A DNA stretch of 26,852 bases from contig CAYSTR010000001.1 in assembly GCA_964433745.1 (NCBI GenBank), positions 1-26,852 on the forward strand. Direction: 5' to 3'. Of this stretch, positions 1 through 7,882 are shown piece by piece (the first letter of the stretch is position 1; each line of letters starts with the position of its first letter). The translations under genes were made by a program, and so were the position numbers. Source of the stretch: an uncultured Oscillospiraceae bacterium. Lineage in GTDB: Bacteria; Bacillota; Clostridia; Oscillospirales; Ruminococcaceae. Under the pieces are notes generated by a model. That model ran no database searches, was not told the DNA's origin, and saw only the letters and a list, made by a program, of their open reading frames with translations.

Positions 1-55
1 GTACCGTAAACCGGTCATAATTTCAACAAATATTTAGTCCTATCGTGACATCACC
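1..55 (-). mobile_element. Possible IS terminus interrupting the AraC gene
   Basis: AraC similarity stops abruptly at GGTGATGTCACGATAGG (minus strand, starting at 55). This is one mismatch from the GGCnnTG end motif described for IS1595-family (ISPna2 group) elements. No transposase or second end is visible in the window. Confidence 0.25.
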
Positions 56-295
56 GTATTTCAAAGCAATGTCTATAATTTTCTCGCTACCGTTTTGAAT
101 GTCAAATACGGCTTGCGATAATCTTCTTCGGCGAATATACTCTGAAATAGACATTCCTGCCATAAATGAGAATATGCGTGAAAATTCGTATACTGAGCAA
201 CCAACAATCTTTGACAACGATTCATAATGAATTTGCTGTGTTAATCTTTCCTCAATATACCCGATTACATTATTCATACCTTTAAGCCAGTCCAT
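23..295 (-). pseudogene. AraC/Rob-like transcriptional regulator, C-terminally truncated (90 aa)
   Basis: MDWLKGMNNVIGYIEE...SEYIRRRRLSQA...IIDIALKYG is the N-terminal double-HTH of Firmicute AraC regulators. After KYG the expected Y(E/D)SP..F.RAF helix is replaced by DVTIGLNIC*. SD GGAGG lies 6 nt before the ATG at 295, so the ORF-track start at 376 is too long. Confidence 0.75.
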
Positions 296-537
296 CCAAT
301 CCCTCCTCTCAAGTATGATTATAAGCGAACGAAGAATATGTTTCTTTACATCTCTTGCTAAGAATGGATAGTTCAAGTTAATATAAAAAAACTAAATCTA
401 TTTTATATTAGCATCGCTGATTTTTTTCGACTCCCTCGTTGCGTGAGCATATACATTCAAGGTAGTATTCCTGTTGCTTGAAGTGATAGAGGAGATATAT
501 AAACAGCCAAACGACAAAATAACCCCAGAACCTCTCT

Positions 538-1689
538 TTACGATTCAAGCATTATTTCTTTTATAGATATGCTCTTTATCTTTTGAGCGTAGGTGTACAT
601 CACAAACTCATATACCACAATAAATGCTGCGAGAGAACCAAGCATAGCCGGAAAATCAAATTTATATACCGGAACACCTGCTACACCGTTAAACACAACA
701 TCAACCATAATCCTAAGTAATATGTATTGATATATTGTTCCTATTACAAAGCCTACATAAGAAATAGGACGATATCCGCCCAGAAGTGCTTTACTGCATT
801 CTTTTTGCGAATAACCAAATACTCTCATCATTGCAATAGTTTTCGTATTTCCTTTGATTACGGTTGTTATAGCAAGAAAAAGGGTTGTACTGGCTAGAAC
901 AATTCCAATTACCATAATCATTGCGCCCATCATAACACTTGATAACTCTTTCATACTAAATGACATTTGTGTCATTGATGAAAAGCAAAACGAGGCAAAG
1001 ATAATAAAAAACACAAGTGTCTTTTTGCTTTTCAAGGTATTCCTTTTTAAGTCATCTATAAACAGACCATCTTTATCTCTTTCCTTTTTATGCTTCTTTA
1101 TCTTAGATGTGGTCTGATAGCTGTCCTTTAATAACGAAAGTACAGGTCTTCCCAGTTTATAAAACGCATAGTAAATCGCAAGAATTGAAAAGACAATAGT
1201 CGGTACTATAACTAAATAAAGAAGTAATACTGGATTAAAATGCATTAAAACATCGGGCAAAACCTCACCCTCATTTTGAAGCTCGTAGAAGTAGGGCATC
1301 ATAAGAAAAGCTCCTAAAAATCCAATAACCGCTCCTATAAAAACACTTATTCCAAACACCCAGAAATTTTTAGCGATTGTTAGATTTGAATAACCCAATG
1401 CCTTTAGTATCCCTAGCTCTTTCTTATGCGTATCAATATAATGCTTTATATAAAATATCAGCATTATAACCGAAGTAATCAAGAGACATCCTCCGCTGAC
1501 CATACTCGTGACATTGGCGGAGGACACTTGTGCTTCGTATAATTTCATTGCCTGCTCGGATGTTATGGCTTGCTTTATTCCGACTATGTCAATGTTATAA
1601 TTTATAAAAAGTGTGCAAACAAACACCGCACAAAATGCAATTATCGAAATTCCAATAAGCCGGGACGCATCCTTTATACCTACAACCAT
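538..1689 (-). CDS. ABC transporter permease, FtsX/MacB-type
   Basis: Multiple TM segments and two FtsX-like motifs (KKELGILKALGYS and KTIAMMRVFGYS). Directly follows an ABC ATPase gene. Confidence 0.88.
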   Translation of the reverse strand: MVVGIKDASRLIGISIIAFCAVFVCTLFINYNIDIVGIKQAITSEQAMKLYEAQVSSANVTSMVSGGCLLITSVIMLIFYIKHYIDTHKKELGILKALGYSNLTIAKNFWVFGISVFIGAVIGFLGAFLMMPYFYELQNEGEVLPDVLMHFNPVLLLYLVIVPTIVFSILAIYYAFYKLGRPVLSLLKDSYQTTSKIKKHKKERDKDGLFIDDLKRNTLKSKKTLVFFIIFASFCFSSMTQMSFSMKELSSVMMGAMIMVIGIVLASTTLFLAITTVIKGNTKTIAMMRVFGYSQKECSKALLGGYRPISYVGFVIGTIYQYILLRIMVDVVFNGVAGVPVYKFDFPAMLGSLAAFIVVYEFVMYTYAQKIKSISIKEIMLES

Positions 1690-1693
1690 ACTA

Positions 1694-2386
1694 TCACCAA
1701 CCTATTTCATAAGCAGTCTTTTGTGTATTATTTGCAATAATTTCTGATATTTTCCCGCTGTTCATTTTAACGACGGTGCTCGCCATTTCCGCTATATTCA
1801 AGTTATGTGTTACCATAACAATAGTAAAACCGTACTCCTTTTGCAGCTTACAAATATAGTCAAGCACCTGTCTGCCGGTTTTTTCATCTAATGCTCCCGT
1901 AGGCTCGTCAAGAAATAATACCTTGGGATTTTTAGCAAGTGCTCTTGCAACAGAAACCCTTTGTTGCTCCCCACCGGAAAGCTCGCTTGGGTATTTATAA
2001 AGCTTTTCTTTAAGCCCAACCGCTTCAATAATCTCTCTATAATTTTTGTTCCCAGCTAAATCTGCACCCATCTTTACATTTTTGTCAACATTCATATCAG
2101 GCAGTAAATAGTATTGTTGAAAAATAAAACCAACCTTGACCTTTCGGAACTTTGCCAATTCATTGTCAGAGAGATTAACAATGTCTAGGTCATCATAAAA
2201 TATTTTACCCCTATCCGGATGTTCAAGCCCTGATATAATATTTAGAAGTGTAGATTTTCCACTGCCCGATGCTCCTAGGATGACAATAAAATCTCCATCC
2301 ACAATGCTAATATCAATTCCTTTTAAAACATCTATCTTGCTTTCGCCATAACCGTAGGACTTTTCAATACCGCTTGCATTAATCAT
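1694..2386 (-). CDS. ABC transporter ATP-binding protein (LolD/MacB-like)
   Basis: Walker [11 protein letters not shown]-loop GFIFQQY, signature LSGGEQQRV, Walker [13 protein letters not shown]-loop MVTHN. Confidence 0.96.
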   Translation of the reverse strand: MINASGIEKSYGYGESKIDVLKGIDISIVDGDFIVILGASGSGKSTLLNIISGLEHPDRGKIFYDDLDIVNLSDNELAKFRKVKVGFIFQQYYLLPDMNVDKNVKMGADLAGNKNYREIIEAVGLKEKLYKYPSELSGGEQQRVSVARALAKNPKVLFLDEPTGALDEKTGRQVLDYICKLQKEYGFTIVMVTHNLNIAEMASTVVKMNSGKISEIIANNTQKTAYEIGW

Positions 2387-2960
2387 TTTTGCTACCCGCT
2401 TTCATTTTTATTAAAAGACCAACTGCCACATCTGTTATCATTTCATCTATCTCAATCTTTTTAAAGCTGCACATTTTAGTAGCACATAAGCTTGCTATAC
2501 CATGAGTGTAAATCCATAAATGATGATATAACCTTTGCGCACAGGTATCATTAAGGTCGTACCTATCCTTAATTGACGATAGTATTTTTTCATAGTTCTC
2601 TTCAATGATTAGCAATATTGTGTCAATCATAGGAGTTTTACTTTGTTCTGCCATAAAAAGAATCTGAAACAGTTTGGGTTCATCTTCGGCAAAGCTTATA
2701 TAAGCCATGCCGACACCTTTAAAGGGATTTTCTTCTAGTAATCCCTTCTCTGTGTATTCACTATATAATGCCTTTGCGGATTTAACTACAGCTTGATTGA
2801 TTTCATCCATATTTTGAAAAACCGTAAATATAGGTCTAGCCGAGCTGCCGAGAGCTGCACCTAATGCTCTGGCAGTTAAACCCTCCAATCCGGTTAATCT
2901 AACAATATTTATAGCAGCTTCTATAATCTCTTCTTTTGAAAATTTAGCTTTTGGCGGCAT
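2379..2960 (-). CDS. TetR/AcrR family transcriptional regulator
   Basis: MPPKAKFSKEEIIEAA...GLEGLTARALGAALGSSARPIFTVF is a TetR HTH, with a C-terminal LWIYTHGIASL helix. Start is probably the ATG at 2960 (track gives 2981). Overlaps the ABC ATPase start by 8 nt. Confidence 0.92.
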   Translation of the reverse strand: MPPKAKFSKEEIIEAAINIVRLTGLEGLTARALGAALGSSARPIFTVFQNMDEINQAVVKSAKALYSEYTEKGLLEENPFKGVGMAYISFAEDEPKLFQILFMAEQSKTPMIDTILLIIEENYEKILSSIKDRYDLNDTCAQRLYHHLWIYTHGIASLCATKMCSFKKIEIDEMITDVAVGLLIKMKAGSKND

Positions 2961-2990
2961 AATTCTTCTCATTCTCCCCATATTAAATGG

Positions 2991-3012
2991 GTCGTTTTAA
3001 AACGACTGTTTT
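2991..3012. promoter_or_regulatory. Candidate TetR operator
   Basis: Perfect 16-bp palindrome GTCGTTTTAAAACGAC (2991-3006) overlapping a second dyad AAAAC-GACT-GTTTT (2999-3012), immediately downstream of the -10 box. Confidence 0.7.
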
Positions 3013-3013
3013 A

Positions 3014-3042
3014 ATAATATCATGATATGAATAAAAAGTCAA
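3014..3042 (-). promoter_or_regulatory. Sigma-A promoter of the tetR-ABC operon
   Basis: -35 TTGACT (3042-3037), 17-bp spacer, extended -10 TGaTATTAT (3022-3014). Confidence 0.8.
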
Positions 3043-3051
3043 TAATTAAAA

Positions 3052-3108
3052 GCTAAAGAAACACATAGTGTATACGGTGATTAGCATACACTATGTGTTT
3101 CTTTTAGC
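3052..3108 (-). terminator. Intrinsic terminator after the dynamin genes
   Basis: Perfect 19-bp stem (3055-3073 / 3086-3104) with a 12-nt loop, extendable by 3 bp past a bulge. It is followed on the minus strand by a T-rich run, about 80 nt past the stop at 3185. Confidence 0.75.
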
Positions 3109-3184
3109 AATAGTTTATTGCATAATTATTTAACTTGGGTATCATATGGCGATAGATTGTGCAGCATTATTCATACTTATCTCT

Positions 3185-5305
3185 TTAAGCAATAGCTTCA
3201 AGCTGTTCAATGGTCTCGCATATACGGTTTTGCTCCTGTATCCTTGCTGCTAATAGCGTATCCAGAGAGGAGAGCTGTTCACGCTTTTCTGCTGTTATAT
3301 CCCTTGTAAGCCGTTCGCACATAGCGGCGGTGCGTGTCTTGAAGCTTTCGCCATATTGCAGAATCTCTGAAATAGACCTTGACATGAATCTGTCTATGAC
3401 GGATGCATAAGCTCCTTTAAACACCTCCATATCATAAACAGTATCTACATTTTCCGGGAAACGCTCTTTTAGCATATTAATAGCTTCATCGGCACTGTAC
3501 GACTTATCGGATGGGTTTAACGAAAGGCTTAGATTATAGAGCCTTTCCTCCAACATAGTAAATAATCCTTCCTGTTCCGAGATGAGGCCGTTATGTGACG
3601 TTATCGCAGTGTAGAGAGCATTTTTAAATTCAGACATATCACTAAACACCGAGAAAGCGCGGGTGTGTATGGACCTTGCCAATCCGGACAGATGCTCTAA
3701 ATCTAACACTACTTCATCTGCGCTGAAATAGTAGCTAATCTGCTCGGTCTGTTCGGTTTCATATCTTATTTTCCCCCATGTCCACGGTTTATAGAATACC
3801 GAATCATGTATCAGCTTTACCTGTGATGTTATCTCTGCTTTCGGCAGTTTTTTTGCCTCACGGTATTGTTTTCGCAGTGCATCAAGTTCACTGCGAGCCA
3901 TGTCCAGCTGCTGTTCTAGGGGCTTTAGAAATTCCGATACTGCTTCGGTCACATTTTCTGCCAATCGTGCGATGGGGACAGTAAGCGCACGCCTGTCCCG
4001 CTTTAGTACAGAGGTGTCTAAGGAGTCAAGCTTCAATCTAAGCTCGTCGCATATGTTATTAAGCTGTAATCTGACATCATCCTTAATAAGTATAATAAAT
4101 TCGGAAGCCTTATTTTCCAATAGTGAATCTTTCATCTCGACTAGCTGTGCAAACATTCCGGTTATTTTATCAAACCCCGATATCTCATTTATTAGCTCAT
4201 CGTTTGCGGTATTAACGCTGAATAGAGCATCCATAATAATTTTTTCAGATTCGGTTCTCTCCTCCTCTTTTTTACAGGAGATTCTATCTATCATCGCAGA
4301 TACAAACATTGGTGAGCGGCAGCTGTCCAATGCGGACATGAAAGCGGGCGGGTGCTGCTTTCCCGCCAAGGATGACAGCCGCTTGTCGGCACAATCTGCC
4401 GCGTAGGCACTAAGCCTGCGTTTAACCTGTTTAATCGTCTTAGTTATATCGGCATTTTCATATGACGCATCTATAAGCGCAGAATCAAACTGGCTGGCAA
4501 CAAGACAGAGCCTGCTAACACCCTTACGCGGCAGAAGATCGGTCAGCAGCGACATGTCTGTTTCATCTAGAAAAGCGGTACTCTTGCTTAGAAAAAATGC
4601 GGCATCGCACGTTTCAATAAAGGCGCGTGTCTTTCCCGAACGAAATCCAGCATAATCGTTTAATCCGGGAGTGTCAACCACTACAATATCCTTTAGTACA
4701 GGAAGATTTAGATATATGCTCACCTCTTTGACTAATGGAGCATCGCTTCCCTCATCATCCACATATCGGGACAGCAGCTCAGACAGCTCTGTATAATCCC
4801 CAAAAGGAATAGTCATAAGACAAGCTCGTTCCGTTTCCGCCGGAATATAGCTTGTCTTTTCGATACGCCGCAATATCTGTCCCGCAAGCCGGGATGGTGC
4901 AAACCTCTCCCCTACCTCCGACAAAGCCTTCAGCGATTTAATATCCTCACGCGTAAACAAACTGACCTCCAACCTGTTTTCACAGGCAAAGCATATACGT
5001 GTGGGTACAGCCGTTTTGGGAGAATAATCGCTGGGAAGAACATTTTTGCCTCCGAACAGCAGTCTATTTAAGAAAAAGGACTTTCCCGCTTTCACCTGAC
5101 CTATTACCGCAAGATTAAATCGTCTCTCTATGCCGAAAAAGTCCTCTGTCTTTTCCCTTATTGCCGCCGCCATCAACGAAAGCCGCGCCGGTTCTATGCA
5201 ATCTGCATAGGGTAAGAGAGCCTCACCCGTCTTTGACAGTCGTGATACTATGTCGTTTATCTGTCTTAGAAGCGTGTCAGTCTTTGGAAACAGCACACAG
5301 CTCAT
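3185..5305 (-). CDS. Bacterial dynamin-like GTPase (706 aa)
   Basis: G1 GQVKAGKS, G2 region PKTAVPT, G3 DTPG, G4 variant ASQFD, long helical C-terminal stalk with an aromatic FYKPWTWG tip. Confidence 0.88.
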   Translation of the reverse strand: MSCVLFPKTDTLLRQINDIVSRLSKTGEALLPYADCIEPARLSLMAAAIREKTEDFFGIERRFNLAVIGQVKAGKSFFLNRLLFGGKNVLPSDYSPKTAVPTRICFACENRLEVSLFTREDIKSLKALSEVGERFAPSRLAGQILRRIEKTSYIPAETERACLMTIPFGDYTELSELLSRYVDDEGSDAPLVKEVSIYLNLPVLKDIVVVDTPGLNDYAGFRSGKTRAFIETCDAAFFLSKSTAFLDETDMSLLTDLLPRKGVSRLCLVASQFDSALIDASYENADITKTIKQVKRRLSAYAADCADKRLSSLAGKQHPPAFMSALDSCRSPMFVSAMIDRISCKKEEERTESEKIIMDALFSVNTANDELINEISGFDKITGMFAQLVEMKDSLLENKASEFIILIKDDVRLQLNNICDELRLKLDSLDTSVLKRDRRALTVPIARLAENVTEAVSEFLKPLEQQLDMARSELDALRKQYREAKKLPKAEITSQVKLIHDSVFYKPWTWGKIRYETEQTEQISYYFSADEVVLDLEHLSGLARSIHTRAFSVFSDMSEFKNALYTAITSHNGLISEQEGLFTMLEERLYNLSLSLNPSDKSYSADEAINMLKERFPENVDTVYDMEVFKGAYASVIDRFMSRSISEILQYGESFKTRTAAMCERLTRDITAEKREQLSSLDTLLAARIQEQNRICETIEQLEAIA

Positions 5306-6758
5306 CCTTTATTTTCTTTAATTTCTCTATGTTTTTAAGTTTTTCTTCAATATCCGACCGACACAATGTTCCGTTATCCGTACTGGCTTTTCTCGTCTCA
5401 TTCAGTGCATGTTCACGAGAGTTCCTAGCTGCCTGCAAGCTGTCTCCTAATGTGCGTTCAAGGTTTTTTGATATTCGTTTAATAAGAGCCTCTGCCGCAT
5501 CGGGCACATAGGTTAAAAGATCAGACGAGTTTTTATTTGCCCGCATATTCCGAAGCTCATCCGCTCCTGACAATATAGCTAGCTCTTCGTTAAACGACCG
5601 TTCGCGTTCTTTTATCATTTCATCGCTTAAAAATTCATCTAAGCCGTAAAGCTTTAACACATCAAGCACTAATATTATACGTCTCTCCAGAACAGGCCAT
5701 AACTTATGCCTTAACGAAGAAACAAGCGTCCCCACCGCTAATTCATAGCATAGACTGCCTGTGTCCTGTAACGACATAAAATCCTCGATATTCTTCCGAT
5801 TATCTCTTAGCACATCTGCCACGAACTGCCTTGCATGTGTAATACATTCGGTTATAGCAGCAGTGTACCGACGATCGTTTTCGCTTAATGTCTTGTTTAA
5901 TGCGTCCAGCTCTGCTCTCTGGCTTAGTACACGCATCTTTATTTTATCAAGCGACAATAACCCCAGCTCAACATCCTTTGAAAGCTCGGAGGCCAAGAAG
6001 CTGCACCGCTCGGTTAATATGTCTGTTTTTTTCTTTTCACGTAGTCTTTCTGCACGGTTTCGGCATCTCACCAGAAAAGCGTCAGCACTTAAAACACCTT
6101 GCCCATGCTTTAGAGACGTTACGATTATATCCTCCGGGGTGAAGTGTAAACATTCTTTTATCTGCGTTTTAAGTCTCGATGCGGAAGTCTTTGCAATTTC
6201 GGCAGGTATCTTATCACATTTGTTGACCACTGCCAGAACCGGTATCTCCGAAACCTTTAGCTCTTCACACAACGTTATAGTCGTCTCACGCAGGACAGGT
6301 TCATCAGCAGAAAAAACAAGTACCGCCGCATTCACCCTGCCTATTAAAGAAGACGATACACCGGTTATATCCCCCGGCAGCTCTACTATCCTAATCCCGG
6401 ACAATTTAACATGATTATACTCAATAGCTACCGCTTTAATCCCGCTTAGACTGAAATGCTCGTCAAACAAGCTGTCTATCCCGATAGTTCTCTCGCTCAC
6501 CGCGAAAAAAAGATGGGCGCACCTGTTTTCCGAGTACTTGAGTGTCGTAGGTACACATATTCGGGGAGTAAGTCCTGTTGGCAGCAAACGGATACCCAGT
6601 ACACTATTAATAAGTGTACTCTTTCCGGTGTTTCGCATCCCGATAACAGCTACAGTAAGAAATTCTTCGTCTGCCGATTTTATGTGTACATGCATATCAT
6701 CGTTATTAATAGCGTGATATGTGCTTATGTCATCGAGTATTTTTATTATTTCATTCAT
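5277..6758 (-). CDS. Bacterial dynamin-like protein (493 aa), degenerate GTPase motifs
   Basis: G1 GMRNTGKST, LLPTGLTP, G3 ELPG (D to E), G4 NKCD, then a coiled-coil/helical region. Overlaps the next dynamin gene by 29 nt. Confidence 0.82.
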   Translation of the reverse strand: MNEIIKILDDISTYHAINNDDMHVHIKSADEEFLTVAVIGMRNTGKSTLINSVLGIRLLPTGLTPRICVPTTLKYSENRCAHLFFAVSERTIGIDSLFDEHFSLSGIKAVAIEYNHVKLSGIRIVELPGDITGVSSSLIGRVNAAVLVFSADEPVLRETTITLCEELKVSEIPVLAVVNKCDKIPAEIAKTSASRLKTQIKECLHFTPEDIIVTSLKHGQGVLSADAFLVRCRNRAERLREKKKTDILTERCSFLASELSKDVELGLLSLDKIKMRVLSQRAELDALNKTLSENDRRYTAAITECITHARQFVADVLRDNRKNIEDFMSLQDTGSLCYELAVGTLVSSLRHKLWPVLERRIILVLDVLKLYGLDEFLSDEMIKERERSFNEELAILSGADELRNMRANKNSSDLLTYVPDAAEALIKRISKNLERTLGDSLQAARNSREHALNETRKASTDNGTLCRSDIEEKLKNIEKLKKIKDELCAVSKD

Positions 6759-6760
6759 AA

Positions 6761-7879
6761 CTACCCTAGTATAATGTGTCCGCCTATCTCACCGTCACCA
6801 ATACCTGCCGTCTTAGGAGCGGACAGAGCAGAGTTTACATCGAGATAGCAGTGTGTATCTAAATGATTGTTCTTTCGCAGGATAACAATCTTAAACCGAG
6901 CATCCATCGGACAGTAGGCTTCGATAAGCCGTTCTATCGTCTTGTTGCTGACGCTCATCTCTGATTCACATAAATTAAGTATAACACAAAATGAGCCTGC
7001 GGTCTCACCGTAAAGCCGTCTGTATGTATTCTGTGAGGTTACGGAATATCGTGGATTCAGCCACTCAAAATGCTCTATTATCAGCGGACATACACCTGTA
7101 GCCAGCTTAATTATCTCCTCCAGTGCCTTTTTTGTCCCCTTTGCACCTTGGAATAAATCAATATGCATGGCTATATATCTAAGAGATTCCGGAGAGAATA
7201 AACCGCCGAAACTGTCAAGTCCCAACCAGCCAGCCAGTTCACTCACATAGGTATCGGGTGTTGTTCTTATGTCAAGAAAGCGTACAATATCGTCCACTCT
7301 TTGCTCTGTATCCATGTACATTGACTGAAACACAGATACGAATCTGTCAAAAAAATTGTTTCCGTGATAGACCTCCGGAAAGTACTCGGTAAACGGAATA
7401 AAGGGAAGAATTAGCTGCAATCCCTCAATAGTACCGCCGCATTCCCCCATTGGATGTAGAATTAGACAGATATATACATACCGTCCCCTCACACCCTGCA
7501 ATAAAATATCCTCCGCCGCCTTGCGGTTTACCGAACCGGGAAGCGCCGACAGAAGTGCGGCTTTATTTTCAAGGCTAATACCTGTATCGTGAAGGTAATC
7601 ACCTATCTCGCACACTGCACCGTCTATTAACGCCTCGGATGAGTCGGACGCCGCTACTATACATTCAAGCTGTATACCATCAAGCTTCGCATCAATTGTA
7701 AGCCGCCCAAAGGTGCAGTCCTGCTCACCGGTATCAAATACCGGTGCAATATACACCGCTGTTTTATTTCCTTTGTATTCAAGCCGACAATCTTTAGTTA
7801 TTGCAAGCTCCTCGGTATATCCCTTACATAGGTTCAGACCTATAAAATTTACCGCTTTATGTTTCATCCATAGACCCAC
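6761..7879 (-). CDS. Baseplate wedge protein with P2 gpI-like (phage tail protein) domain
   Basis: FLPEIY-like YFPEVYH...FFDRFVSVFQ...FLDIRTTP..YVSELAGWLG...KGTKKALEEIIKL. Follows the J-like genes. Start may be the ATG at 7867. Confidence 0.8.
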   Translation of the reverse strand: MGLWMKHKAVNFIGLNLCKGYTEELAITKDCRLEYKGNKTAVYIAPVFDTGEQDCTFGRLTIDAKLDGIQLECIVAASDSSEALIDGAVCEIGDYLHDTGISLENKAALLSALPGSVNRKAAEDILLQGVRGRYVYICLILHPMGECGGTIEGLQLILPFIPFTEYFPEVYHGNNFFDRFVSVFQSMYMDTEQRVDDIVRFLDIRTTPDTYVSELAGWLGLDSFGGLFSPESLRYIAMHIDLFQGAKGTKKALEEIIKLATGVCPLIIEHFEWLNPRYSVTSQNTYRRLYGETAGSFCVILNLCESEMSVSNKTIERLIEAYCPMDARFKIVILRKNNHLDTHCYLDVNSALSAPKTAGIGDGEIGGHIILG

Positions 7880-7882
7880 CTA

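Noticed and set aside
296-376. N-terminal extension of the AraC ORF given by the track
   Set aside because: It contains the SD and -10 of the real gene, and family similarity starts at MDWL (295).
379-410. 10-bp inverted repeat TAATATAAAA / TTTTATATTA upstream of the AraC gene
   Set aside because: It is all A/T in an AT-rich spacer, so a terminator, operator or chance match cannot be told apart.
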